Source of the DNA: a virus
DNA length: 64,000 nucleotides
Strand: one strand, 5' to 3'
Virus record (IMG/VR): IMGVR_UViG_3300029791_000191
The stretch's first letter is position 1, and each line of letters starts with the position of its first letter. Positions 17,106 to 26,911 of the stretch are shown here, one piece after another. The notes under the pieces are model-generated. The model ran no database searches. It was not told the DNA's origin and was given only the letters and a program-made list of their open reading frames with translations. The translations under genes were made by a program, and so were the position numbers.

Positions 17106-19727
17106 ATGAATTTTAATGGATTAAAAAGTAGCGAAGTAGAGGTTAGTAGGACTACATATGGAAGTAATAAGCTTCCGGAACCTGAATTGAAAAAATGGTA
17201 TCATTTTGCTAAGGAAGCATTAACTGAACCAATTACTATGATTCTAATAATAATTGCTTTGTTTCAGTTGGTTTTAGGCGCTATGGGAGTAATGTCTCTT
17301 TCTGAACCTGTAATGATTATAGTGGTTTTAGCTATTGTTACTGGAATTGCTATTAAGACAGGTCTAGGCGTACAGAAATCTGCAGCAGAGCTAAGAGCAA
17401 AAACGGCAGTTAGATATTGTGATGTTGTCCGAGATGGAAACGTACAGACAATTAATAAAGATGATCTGGTAGTAGGTGATTTAGTTCTATTGAGAACTGG
17501 ACAAGAGATTTTTGCAGATGGATTTATTGTTGATGGAGAAATTTCTGTTAATAACGCCGCTATCAATGGAGAGACAAAAGAATGTAGAAAAATTCCTAGT
17601 GCTAATTATAAGCATGTTAAAACAACATCAACTACTGCATATACGGATCAGTGTTCTCTCTTTGCAGGAACAGTTATCATGTCTGGTGAAGGAAAAATGA
17701 TTGTTACAGATGTTGGTGTTAATACAGTTAATGGTGATACTCTTGTCAAAATGCAGACTTTAGAGCCTCCTAAGACAGCTCTTGATATTGCTCTGGATCA
17801 TTTGTGTGATTTTATTTCAAAATGGGGAACAATTGCGGCAGCATTAGCATTTGTAATTATGACAATTACAGGTATCTTAAATGCTGGAAGCTTAAGTCAG
17901 TATTTCTTAGGAAGTATTCTTGAAAGTATTCAGAAGGTAGCACAGAATGTCTCAAATGCATTGACAATTATTGTTGCGGCTGTACCGGAAGGTCTGCCAC
18001 TCATTGTAAAACTTGTAACTAAACAGAATGTATCGACAATGGAAAAATTCAATATTCTTGCGAAGAATACTGGTAAAATTCCTGAATTGGCGTATGTTAA
18101 TTTAATTTGTACGGATAAGACAGGAACTCTCACAACAGGTGAAATGACCTCTACAGTTATGATTAACGGTAACTGTCAGGATATTTTTAATAAGGAAAGT
18201 TCGCTCAACGAGCTAATTGATTTAAACATTTGCATGAACAATAGCGCAGTGTTTGACTCTAATGGAAACATCACTGGTGGTAATTCGATTGATCGAGCAG
18301 TGCTTGATATGCTTTCTCCTGAAGATGCACAAAAAATACAGAATAAAGCTATCATAAAGAAACGTGTTCCATTTAGTAGTGAAAATAAATTCTCTGCAAT
18401 TACTTTAAGTAATGGAGCAAATGATTTTACTGTTTATAAGGGTGCACCAGAAAAACTGATTGAGAAATGCAAAACTTATCTCGATAATGATGGCAATGTA
18501 ACTGAGCTAACAGAAGAAAAACGAAAAGCTTTGAAAAGTCATATTAAGGGATTAACAGAGAAAGCAATGAGGTGTATTGCATTGACTATCTCAGATAAAG
18601 CTGATGATGGTCTCCCTGATGAAATGAATTTCCTTGGAGTCATTGGAGTTGTTGACCCGGTTAGGAATGAAGTTCCAGAAGCAGTAAAAATTGCTCATAA
18701 AGCTGGAATTCAGGTAATTGAAATTACTGGTGATTGCATGGAGACGGCTAAGGCTGTTGCTATGGAAGCTGGCATTTATAAGCCTGGAGACTTAGCAGTT
18801 ACTAATGATGAGTTTGAGGCAATGTCAGATGTAAAAGTAAAAGAAATTATTCCACAGTTAAGAGTAATTTCCAGATGCTCACCGAATACGAAACTTCGTC
18901 TTGTAACATTAGCGCAAGAAATTGGAATGTCTGTAGCAATGACAGGTGATGGTGTGAACGATGCTCCTGCATTAAAGAAAGCAGATGTAGGCTTTGGAAT
19001 GCAAGACGGATCTGATGTAGCAAAAGAAGCAGCAGACATTGTTTTGACGGACAATAATTTTGCAAGTGTAGTAAAAGCAGTCGAACTTGGTAGAACATTT
19101 ATGCATAACATTATGATGTTCCTTGAATTCCAGCTGCCTATCAATATTTCGTTGTTGATCTTAAGTATGGTATTTCCAATTATTTCTGGTGGCTCTGCTC
19201 TATTAGCAGCAGTTCAGATCCTTATTGTAAATATCATCATGGATTCACTTAACTCATTAAGCTTTGGTGGAGAACCGCCAAAAGAAGAATATATGAATGA
19301 AGAGCCTATCATGAAAGGATCCGGATTATTTATCCGTGGAGCGAAAGGGAGAATTGCATTAAGTTCAATTGTATTTATTGCTTTATTTGGTGTAATTACA
19401 TTTGGTCCAGTTGGAAATATGTTTGCAACAAAACTTTCGGCTATGACAGCGAGATTCGCTTTATTGTGTCTAATGGCAGTATTTAATGGATTCACTATTA
19501 GAACAGATAGTATAAATCTTTTCAAAGGAATTAAAAATAACAAATTATTTATGTATATCGCATTGGGTATTTTTGCAATGACTGTAGTTTTGTGTAACTT
19601 TGTAGGAAATCTAGTACAGACAACTCCAATGGATGTTAAACAGTGGATTGTAGTCCTTATGACAGCATTTATGGTTGTGCCTGTAGATTGGATTAGAAAA
19701 GCAATTTGTAAGAAAGGAAGTAAGTAA
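17106..19727 (+). CDS. P-type cation-transporting ATPase (type II, Ca2+/Mg2+-like)
   Basis: Phosphorylation motif ICTDKTGTLT, hinge MTGDGVNDAPALKKADVG, multiple TM helices; 873 aa. Confidence 0.8.
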   Translation: MNFNGLKSSEVEVSRTTYGSNKLPEPELKKWYHFAKEALTEPITMILIIIALFQLVLGAMGVMSLSEPVMIIVVLAIVTGIAIKTGLGVQKSAAELRAKTAVRYCDVVRDGNVQTINKDDLVVGDLVLLRTGQEIFADGFIVDGEISVNNAAINGETKECRKIPSANYKHVKTTSTTAYTDQCSLFAGTVIMSGEGKMIVTDVGVNTVNGDTLVKMQTLEPPKTALDIALDHLCDFISKWGTIAAALAFVIMTITGILNAGSLSQYFLGSILESIQKVAQNVSNALTIIVAAVPEGLPLIVKLVTKQNVSTMEKFNILAKNTGKIPELAYVNLICTDKTGTLTTGEMTSTVMINGNCQDIFNKESSLNELIDLNICMNNSAVFDSNGNITGGNSIDRAVLDMLSPEDAQKIQNKAIIKKRVPFSSENKFSAITLSNGANDFTVYKGAPEKLIEKCKTYLDNDGNVTELTEEKRKALKSHIKGLTEKAMRCIALTISDKADDGLPDEMNFLGVIGVVDPVRNEVPEAVKIAHKAGIQVIEITGDCMETAKAVAMEAGIYKPGDLAVTNDEFEAMSDVKVKEIIPQLRVISRCSPNTKLRLVTLAQEIGMSVAMTGDGVNDAPALKKADVGFGMQDGSDVAKEAADIVLTDNNFASVVKAVELGRTFMHNIMMFLEFQLPINISLLILSMVFPIISGGSALLAAVQILIVNIIMDSLNSLSFGGEPPKEEYMNEEPIMKGSGLFIRGAKGRIALSSIVFIALFGVITFGPVGNMFATKLSAMTARFALLCLMAVFNGFTIRTDSINLFKGIKNNKLFMYIALGIFAMTVVLCNFVGNLVQTTPMDVKQWIVVLMTAFMVVPVDWIRKAICKKGSK

Positions 19728-19728
19728 A

Positions 19729-20496
19729 ATGGGATTTTTGGGAAAATTATTCGGAAAAAAAGATGAGGAAGCAGCAGTAGAGTTATCTTCTGCTGTAACT
19801 CAGCAACCTGTATATGAAGAAAAGTTACAGACAATTGATATGTCTAAGCACAATGAAAATCTTGGCAAAGTACTTATTGATATGTCTAAGGGAAGCAAGA
19901 TTGATATGACAAAACATACGGCTAGAGTAGCTCTTGCAATGGATTATTCAGGAAGTATGGATTGGCTGTATGATAATGGATCTGTACAGGAAACCATTTC
20001 TCGTTTGTTGCCTATTGCTCTAAGATTTGACGATAATGGAGAACTTGAGAGTTGGCTGTTCTCAAATGGAGCAGAGCGCTTAAAAGCTGCTAACGCTGAT
20101 AATTATAGTAGCTATGTTAAAAATGTTATGAAAAAAGCTCATATGTATATGGGTGGTACTAATTATGCTCCTGTATTGAAAGAAATGGTTACATATTATA
20201 AAGATATCGAGCCAAGTGAGATTCCAGCATTTATCATCTTTATTACAGATGGTGAGAACAGTGATACTTTTGCCACCAATGCAGCTATTAAAGAGCTTTC
20301 AGAGTACAACATCTTCGTGCAGTTCATAGGAATTGGAGATGAAGATTTTGACTATTTGAAATCTCTTGATGATATGAAAGGTAGAAAACATGACAACACC
20401 GGTTTTACAGCAGTAAAAGACATGAATAAAATGTCTGATGAACAGTTATATACAGAGATTCTTCGTCAGTATAAAGACTGGCTGAATAATAAATAA
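19729..20496 (+). CDS. von Willebrand factor A (vWA) domain protein, TerY-like
   Basis: MIDAS motif DYSGSM, GGTNY, ITDGE. Confidence 0.6.
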   Translation: MGFLGKLFGKKDEEAAVELSSAVTQQPVYEEKLQTIDMSKHNENLGKVLIDMSKGSKIDMTKHTARVALAMDYSGSMDWLYDNGSVQETISRLLPIALRFDDNGELESWLFSNGAERLKAANADNYSSYVKNVMKKAHMYMGGTNYAPVLKEMVTYYKDIEPSEIPAFIIFITDGENSDTFATNAAIKELSEYNIFVQFIGIGDEDFDYLKSLDDMKGRKHDNTGFTAVKDMNKMSDEQLYTEILRQYKDWLNNK

Positions 20497-20513
20497 AAAG
20501 GAGATAAAGAGAT

Positions 20514-21152
20514 ATGGCAGTAATCAACATGAGTAAAAACCAGAAAATTAGTATGGTAAAAGAGGATGGTACAGGTATTAAGAACTTCTTCATTGGAGTC
20601 AATTGGGATCAGAACCGTTATGCTGGTGAAGCAGATATTGACTTTGATATCAATGGATTTTTAACAGATTCAAGTCGCAAAGTAGTATACCCAGAAGATT
20701 TAGTAAACTATAAAACCTATGAAGATGGCTCTGCATATCCTTGGGTAGATTATTCAGGAGACAATAAAACTGGTGACGATTCTCAGGGAATGATTTTCAA
20801 TGGAAAGCATTATGACGAATATTTCATTGTGCATGCTGATACTTTCCCGAAAGATAAAACAGAATTTACTATCTGCTTAACAATTTTTAGGGCCTTACAG
20901 CGTATGCAGAATTTTGGAATGGTCTCCAATGCAATTATGACAATTTGTGATTACGACAATCCAGATGGTGATAAGTATGAATATGATCTGTCTGAGAATG
21001 AAAACTTTGAAAAATTGAATGCAGTAGAAATGGGTAAATTATACCGTTACGGAGATGGATTCAAATTCCAGGCATTAGGTTCCGGCTATGTAGGAGGTAT
21101 GACAGAACTGTTTAAAAACTTTGGGCTTGATATTGATGAGGGGAGAGACTAA
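20514..21152 (+). CDS. TerD-family protein (tellurite resistance / Ca2+-binding stress protein family)
   Basis: Strong TerD signatures: MAVINMSKNQKISM.., GVNWD, DIDFDINGFL, LQRMQNFGMVSNA, LYRYGDGFKFQALGSGYVGGM. Confidence 0.8.
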   Translation: MAVINMSKNQKISMVKEDGTGIKNFFIGVNWDQNRYAGEADIDFDINGFLTDSSRKVVYPEDLVNYKTYEDGSAYPWVDYSGDNKTGDDSQGMIFNGKHYDEYFIVHADTFPKDKTEFTICLTIFRALQRMQNFGMVSNAIMTICDYDNPDGDKYEYDLSENENFEKLNAVEMGKLYRYGDGFKFQALGSGYVGGMTELFKNFGLDIDEGRD

Positions 21153-21901
21153 TGAATATTACAGCTGGAGCAATTATTATAATTGTTATTTTAGTACTCG
21201 TAGGACTTTGTTTCTTTTTTAATAGTAAAATTGGAAAGAGAGTAAGGATAAGAGCATCTGGCACGGCAAACGAAGCTATTCAGAAAGATGCGTCTACACC
21301 TGAAGGAGCTAAAGCATATTATAATGCCGCTATTGAAAAGAAAGAAGATGAACTTCAGCAGGAAAATGTAAGATATCAACAGATGCTTGGTAAGATTTCC
21401 AATTATGAAGATGACCTGTTCCATTTGAAGAAAGATGCCATGAAAGCAGATGTAAATGTAAATGCTTGTGTGGATCGAGGAGATGACGAAGCAGCAAAAG
21501 TCTACTTAAAAGAACAACAGGAGCTGAATGATAAGATTGATTTTATTAAAAATACATTAAAAGAATGGAAAGAGAATGCTGATGTGCAGAAAGAAAAAGT
21601 AGAAGTACTACAGCAACAGCTTAATGATTTAAAAGCAGAAAAAGAAAGTGCAGTTTTAACTCTGGAAACAGCTCAGGCATCAAAAGCTTTTAATGTAACA
21701 CCGGGAGTATCTTCTAGTGAAGAGGAAAAGATGCTAGAGAAAGTACGTGACGGAGTTAAAAAGCAAAAAGAGGCTGCTGATGGAGCTAGGATCGTTTATG
21801 AAAGTTCTACTATTGTGCAAAAACAGCGTCTGGATAAGAAAATGAAAGATGATGAAATTAATAAAAAGTTGCAGGAACTGAAAACAAAGAAAGGCAAATA
21901 A
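21152..21901 (+). CDS. membrane-anchored coiled-coil protein (249 aa)
   Basis: N-terminal TM helix followed by long heptad-like region. Confidence 0.4.
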   Translation: MNITAGAIIIIVILVLVGLCFFFNSKIGKRVRIRASGTANEAIQKDASTPEGAKAYYNAAIEKKEDELQQENVRYQQMLGKISNYEDDLFHLKKDAMKADVNVNACVDRGDDEAAKVYLKEQQELNDKIDFIKNTLKEWKENADVQKEKVEVLQQQLNDLKAEKESAVLTLETAQASKAFNVTPGVSSSEEEKMLEKVRDGVKKQKEAADGARIVYESSTIVQKQRLDKKMKDDEINKKLQELKTKKGK

Positions 21902-22134
21902 AATGATAGTGTTAAATATAGGCGTGTTTGTAGTATGCTTATTAACCTGTTTCTTAGTTGGATTCTTTGTAGGGAAGAGAAAATAAGTGTAGTAACAAAA
22001 GGTTAAGGTGGGGTTCAATTCCTCACCTACACTTAAGGAGGTTAAACAATGAAATAAAATATGGAGGTGATATTACGCAAAGAGGAAAACGAATATTAAA
22101 TAAACCAATTGATGACGCATGTGAAAAGGAAATT

Positions 22135-22317
22135 TTGGCACCAACAAAAAGAGTGATCACTGTAGAAGCTGAATACGACTTGACTGATCCTAAATTAATT
22201 GGAGCAAAAATAACTGACAGAGATATAGTAGAAGAATTGGTAAAAGATGAGTTTATTACATCTTTTGAGCAAAATGATGGATTTGTAAGTTTGACAGTAA
22301 CTTGTAGTGATTATTAG
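22135..22317 (+). CDS. hypothetical small protein (60 aa)
   Basis: ORF only. Confidence 0.25.
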   Translation: MAPTKRVITVEAEYDLTDPKLIGAKITDRDIVEELVKDEFITSFEQNDGFVSLTVTCSDY

Positions 22318-22328
22318 GAAGGAGAAAA

Positions 22329-22751
22329 ATGATTAATAGTTTTACTGGAGATTATTACTTTTTAAGTAACTTTTATATGGCCCCGGTAAGTTATAACGGA
22401 TGGGACTATACAAATAATGAAGCAGCTTTTCAAGCACAGAAAACAAAAAATCGTAGACTAAAATTTCAGTTATTCTCTCAAGCTAGCCCATCAGAAGCAA
22501 AGGCAGCAGGTAGAAAGATTGATTTGAGATCAGATTGGGAAGAAGTGAAAGATAAAGTAATGTATGAAATCGTACTGGCTAAATTCACTCAGAATCCAGA
22601 CCTTAAGGAAAAATTACTTGCTACAGGAGATGAATATTTGGAAGAGGGTAATACTTGGGGAGATACTATTTGGGGAACTGTAGATGGAGTTGGAGAAAAT
22701 AGGCTTGGGAAGATACTTATGAGAGTGAGAGATGAATTAAATGAAACTTAA
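22329..22751 (+). CDS. NADAR / YbiA-like (DUF1768) domain protein
   Basis: FTGDYYFLSNFY signature (FxGxYxFLSNF) and overall 140-aa size. Confidence 0.65.
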   Translation: MINSFTGDYYFLSNFYMAPVSYNGWDYTNNEAAFQAQKTKNRRLKFQLFSQASPSEAKAAGRKIDLRSDWEEVKDKVMYEIVLAKFTQNPDLKEKLLATGDEYLEEGNTWGDTIWGTVDGVGENRLGKILMRVRDELNET

Positions 22752-22900
22752 CATATTTTTTATCATTCTTGATGCTATTTTTATAGCAGTATCATTGGTA
22801 GACCTTATTACTTATAAAAATTTATTTAGTTTAATGCTAGTAGCTTTTTTCGCTTGGACATTTGTAATTGATATTAAAGAATATAAAGGAGACAAATAAC

Positions 22901-23152
22901 ATGGTAAAAACATTAAAAGAAACAACAGAAATGATGGTTAGCCCAGATTATAAAGAAAGATTCAAAGCTGAATATTACCAGTTAATGCTTAGATTCAGAG
23001 GTTTACAGTCTATGCTCTTTAAATGGGACAATGGAACTCTTAGTTTTGAACCAACATGCCCAAGAAGTACTTATAATATTCAGATTGATGCTATGGCAAG
23101 CTATTTAGCTATCTTAGAAGCTAGGGCTGTTATGGAAGGTATTGAATTATAA
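22901..23152 (+). CDS. hypothetical protein (about 83 aa)
   Basis: ATG 22901 with AAGGAG 7 nt upstream. Confidence 0.35.
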   Translation: MVKTLKETTEMMVSPDYKERFKAEYYQLMLRFRGLQSMLFKWDNGTLSFEPTCPRSTYNIQIDAMASYLAILEARAVMEGIEL

Positions 23153-23161
23153 AGGAGAGAG

Positions 23162-23330
23162 TATGAATCCAGTATTTGTATTTTTAATATTGGTTGGAGC
23201 TGTAGTTTTATGGTTCCTATTATCTGCATTGTTTTATCCATTCGGACGATTCTTGCATAGAATTTGGAAAGATGCAGTAGACGAAATAAACAGAGAAGAA
23301 AATAAAGAAAAAGATAAGGAGAATGAGTAA
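23162..23330 (+). CDS. small single-pass membrane protein
   Basis: ATG 23162 after AAGGAGAGAG; hydrophobic helix VFVFLILVGAVVLWFLL. Confidence 0.35.
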
Positions 23331-24301
23331 TGAAAAAGAAAAAAGGTTTTTTAGGTGGGGTTGGATTAGCAGTAATAATTGCAGCAGGATTAATTTGTGT
23401 AGCAAAGTGCACAGTAAGAGTTCCTGCTGGTTATGTAGCTGTAGAATACAAGATGAACGGTGGAATTTCAAAAGATACTCTTTCACAGGGATGGAATTTG
23501 ATTTCACCTACAGTAAAAACATCACTGTATTCAATTGGTATTGAACAGTCTTATCTGACTTCAGAAGATAAAGGTGATTCACCAAAAGATGAGAGTTTTA
23601 AAACTCCTACCGCAGATGGGAAACAGCTTCTTGTTGATTTGGAATTCTCTTATAAATTCGATCAGGATCAAGTTGCTGATGTATTTACAAGATTTAAAGG
23701 TCAGTCCGGAGAAAGTGTAAAAAATACTTTCATTAAACCAAAGATGAAAGCGTGGACACAGGAAGTAACTGCTAAGTATCCGGTAACAGATGTATTTGGT
23801 GATAAACGCCAGGAACTGAATGAAGCACTTGACAAATACTTGAAAAAGAAATTTGAGCCATATGGAATCATCATTGATACTGTAAACTTTACTTCAATTT
23901 CTACAGATGATGAAACTCAGGCTGCTATTCAGAAGAAGGTAAATGCACAGCAGGAACTGGAACTTGCAAATATTGAAGCTAAGACTGCAAAGGTACAGGC
24001 AGATAAAGATAAGGAAGTTGCTCTCATCGCAGCGGAGCAGGATAAAGAGAAAGCCGCTATTGAAGCTGAACAGGCGAAAATCACTGCGGAAGGTAAAGCT
24101 GAAGCTACAAGAATTAAAGCGGATGCTGAAGCAGAAGCAAATAAAAAGATCGCTGAGTCACTTACTCCAGAACTTATTGAGAAACAGAAGATTGATAAGT
24201 GGAATGGTGATGTGCCGAAGGTACAAGGTGGAAATGCTGCAACAATTGTTGACGCAGGAGAATTAACATCAGGCAATGTAGCAACTGTTGAAAATAAATA
24301 A
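23330..24301 (+). CDS. SPFH / band-7 (prohibitin-flotillin-HflK-like) membrane protein
   Basis: N-terminal TM, SPFH core (VPAGYVAVEYKMNGG...), C-terminal Ala/Glu/Lys-rich coiled coil. Confidence 0.65.
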   Translation: MKKKKGFLGGVGLAVIIAAGLICVAKCTVRVPAGYVAVEYKMNGGISKDTLSQGWNLISPTVKTSLYSIGIEQSYLTSEDKGDSPKDESFKTPTADGKQLLVDLEFSYKFDQDQVADVFTRFKGQSGESVKNTFIKPKMKAWTQEVTAKYPVTDVFGDKRQELNEALDKYLKKKFEPYGIIIDTVNFTSISTDDETQAAIQKKVNAQQELELANIEAKTAKVQADKDKEVALIAAEQDKEKAAIEAEQAKITAEGKAEATRIKADAEAEANKKIAESLTPELIEKQKIDKWNGDVPKVQGGNAATIVDAGELTSGNVATVENK

Positions 24302-24589
24302 TTAATAATGAGGGTAACGTATAGTGAGAACTGTGGACATATACCACACTGACGGTAGTGTAGGGATTTTGCGTCAGTATAAAGAGGTGGCTGCGTAGGG
24401 TGAGGATAACGTTAACAACTACGAATTGTAATGTTGGCCCAAAGCAAGTAAGTATAGTTATGATATCTGCTGCCATAGGCAACACCTCCTTCAAAAATAA
24501 TGTGTGATACAATCCCATATCACATTACCCATTCAGAAGATCCTCACCCGGTACAGACCTGGGATCAATAGTATTGTACTTTAGGTGAG

Positions 24590-24793
24590 GTGGTTTGTCA
24601 ATATAAGGAGAGTACAATGATAAAAACTACGATTACGGAGACAACTAAAAAATATGATAAAGAAGGCCATCTTATTGAGGAGACAACTAGAACTGAAACT
24701 ACTGAGGATAATACTATAACATTTAGTTCTTACCCCTATGGGACAACTCAGAAGGATTGGACCTTAACTACAAATGTAGGAGAGAGTTTATGA
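24590..24793 (+). CDS. hypothetical small Thr-rich protein (67 aa)
   Basis: ORF only. Confidence 0.25.
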   Translation: MVCQYKESTMIKTTITETTKKYDKEGHLIEETTRTETTEDNTITFSSYPYGTTQKDWTLTTNVGESL

Positions 24794-25155
24794 AAAAGAA
24801 AGTATTAAGTATTTTAGGAGTTCTATTGATAAGTATTTCAACATTAACTGGTTGCGCTAAATGCATTGATAAAAAAGAGGAAAGTGTGAAGGTCACAGTT
24901 GTAAATGAATATTATAAACCTAAAGAAACCCGTTTTACAGGTATGGTTAATCATGTTCCGCAATTTCGAACTGATTATGCTGAATATGAAATTACGGTAA
25001 ATTATAACGGAACTGAATATTCACTTAATGATGAAAGTACATATCGTAAATATCATGGAAGAATAGGGCAAACAGTGTCTGCCGTATTGATTACAAAAAC
25101 ATACGATAATGGCAAGGTAAAACAATGGATTGATAGTTTAGGAGGAATTAAGTGA
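24790..25155 (+). CDS. putative lipoprotein
   Basis: Signal peptide with lipobox LTGC; start ATG 24790 after GGAGAGAG. Confidence 0.45.
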   Translation: MKKKVLSILGVLLISISTLTGCAKCIDKKEESVKVTVVNEYYKPKETRFTGMVNHVPQFRTDYAEYEITVNYNGTEYSLNDESTYRKYHGRIGQTVSAVLITKTYDNGKVKQWIDSLGGIK

Positions 25156-25394
25156 TTAAGCAAACCATGGGATGGATTTCTGCTATATGTGGAGTAATTG
25201 GAGCTATATGTAGTGGTTGGAAGTTAATGCTTTTGCCAGTAGTAACAATATTAAACATGATTGCAGATAAAAAATTAAACCTGTGTATTTTACTAATTTC
25301 AATTATGAAAATGTTCTTTGCGATACCTATAGCATATTTCATGATTCTTGTAGGATTTTCATTTGCTACATATTGTTGGAGGTGGTGGAAATAA
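25152..25394 (+). CDS. small membrane protein (80 aa)
   Basis: Two hydrophobic helices. Confidence 0.35.
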   Translation: MIKQTMGWISAICGVIGAICSGWKLMLLPVVTILNMIADKKLNLCILLISIMKMFFAIPIAYFMILVGFSFATYCWRWWK

Positions 25395-26128
25395 TTTGGA
25401 TTACGGGTGATACACATGGGGGTTGGATCCATAGATTAAATATGGACTCGTTCCCGGAACAAAGAGAGATGACTAAAGAAGATTATGTAATTGTTCTTGG
25501 AGATTTTGGGATATGGAGAGATTCACCTCAGCAAAGGTGGTATCTGAATTGGCTTGAAGAGAGAAACTTTACTACACTCTTTATTGATGGTAATCATGAA
25601 TGTTACGATATATTAGATGCTTATCCGGTAGAAGAATGGCATGGTGGTAAGGTACATTTTATTAAGCCATCAGTAATTCATCTTATGAGAGGACAAGTAT
25701 TTGATATAGACGATTTAAAATTTTTTACTTTTGGCGGAGCTGCCAGTCATGATATTTCAGATGGAGTATTAGAGATTGACGATCCAAGAGTAAAAGAATG
25801 GAGGGATGATCCGGATAAAATGTACCGCATCAATCACATTTCATGGTGGGAGCGAGAAATGCCCAATCAAGAAGAGATGGATGAGGGCATAGAGAATCTG
25901 GCAAAACATAATAATAAGGTAGATTTTATCCTGACACATTGTACAGCTTCTTCTACAGCAGCATTATTATCACATGGATTATATAAACCGGATAAGCTAA
26001 CTGATTATTTGGAAGAAATAAGGTGTAATGTTGATTATAGAAAAAATATTTTTGGACATTATCATCAAAATCTTGCAGTTTCTGATAAGGATATTTGTTT
26101 GTATGAACAGATTATAAGGGTGAATTAA
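25385..26128 (+). CDS. calcineurin-like metallophosphoesterase
   Basis: GDTHGG, GDFGIWRD, GNHE motifs; start uncertain (GTG 25385 tentative; track ORF begins 25283). Confidence 0.55.
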   Translation: MEIIWITGDTHGGWIHRLNMDSFPEQREMTKEDYVIVLGDFGIWRDSPQQRWYLNWLEERNFTTLFIDGNHECYDILDAYPVEEWHGGKVHFIKPSVIHLMRGQVFDIDDLKFFTFGGAASHDISDGVLEIDDPRVKEWRDDPDKMYRINHISWWEREMPNQEEMDEGIENLAKHNNKVDFILTHCTASSTAALLSHGLYKPDKLTDYLEEIRCNVDYRKNIFGHYHQNLAVSDKDICLYEQIIRVN

Positions 26129-26130
26129 CT

Positions 26131-26907
26131 ATGCAAAAAATAGACCGAACCGGAGAAGAAAATATTAATAAACAAGGATTAAAGATGCAAATTATTAGAT
26201 ATAAAAATGTCCACGATATTGATATCCAATTCGAAGATGGAATTATTGTGAGACACACTTATTATCAATATTTCAAAAAAGGAAATATTATAAACTATAA
26301 TATTCCCACTTATTTAGGTGTTGGTTATAGAGGTTATGGTCCTTTTAAAACTAAAGTTGGTGTTTCTCATACAGAAGAATATACAAAATGGGGATCTATG
26401 TTAACAAGATGTTATAGCGATAAATATATTAAAAATCAAAATTATATTGATTGCTATGTATGCGACGAATGGAAAAATTATCAAAATTTTGCAAAATGGT
26501 ACAGCGAACATAAATATATCTTATCAAAGGGCGACTCACTTGAATTGGACAAAGATATAAAAGTTATTGGAAATAAAATATATAGTCCCGACACCTGTTT
26601 GTTATTACCCCATAGATTAAATACAATTGTGCTAGATAGAAAAAATGATAGAGGTAATTATGCTTTAGGAGTACAAAAAATAAAGTCCGGAGCATATATA
26701 GCAAGTTGCAATGGAGTTAATGGAGAAAAAATTTATTTGGGACGTTTCGAGTCAGAAGAGGAAGCAAGTAATTCATATAACATTGCTAAAAAGAAAATTA
26801 TAGAAATTGTCGTCAAACAATATAAAAATATAATTCCAGATGAAGTGTATGATGCAGTTATGAAATATAAAGAAATTTGTTATTCAGCACGAAAATTACA
26901 GGAGTAG
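26131..26907 (+). CDS. AP2-domain DNA-binding protein, homing-endonuclease-associated type
   Basis: C-terminal AP2-like YALGVQKIKSGAYIASCNGVNGEKIYLGRFESEEEASNSYN; N-terminal W..M..RC / CDEW..F..F DNA-binding module. Confidence 0.5.
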   Translation: MQKIDRTGEENINKQGLKMQIIRYKNVHDIDIQFEDGIIVRHTYYQYFKKGNIINYNIPTYLGVGYRGYGPFKTKVGVSHTEEYTKWGSMLTRCYSDKYIKNQNYIDCYVCDEWKNYQNFAKWYSEHKYILSKGDSLELDKDIKVIGNKIYSPDTCLLLPHRLNTIVLDRKNDRGNYALGVQKIKSGAYIASCNGVNGEKIYLGRFESEEEASNSYNIAKKKIIEIVVKQYKNIIPDEVYDAVMKYKEICYSARKLQE

Positions 26908-26911
26908 AACG

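Noticed and set aside
17106-21152. Idea that the P-type ATPase/TerD cluster is a host island rather than phage cargo
   Set aside because: Same AT-rich composition, strand and tight gene packing as flanking phage genes; the integrase and att-side junction are 30 kb further right, and the host GC shift occurs only at about 52.9 kb.
25283-25394. Upstream extension of the metallophosphoesterase ORF from 25283
   Set aside because: That part overlaps the preceding small membrane-protein gene in another frame and lacks phosphoesterase motifs; a start near 25385 just after GGAGGTG fits better, though the exact start codon is uncertain.
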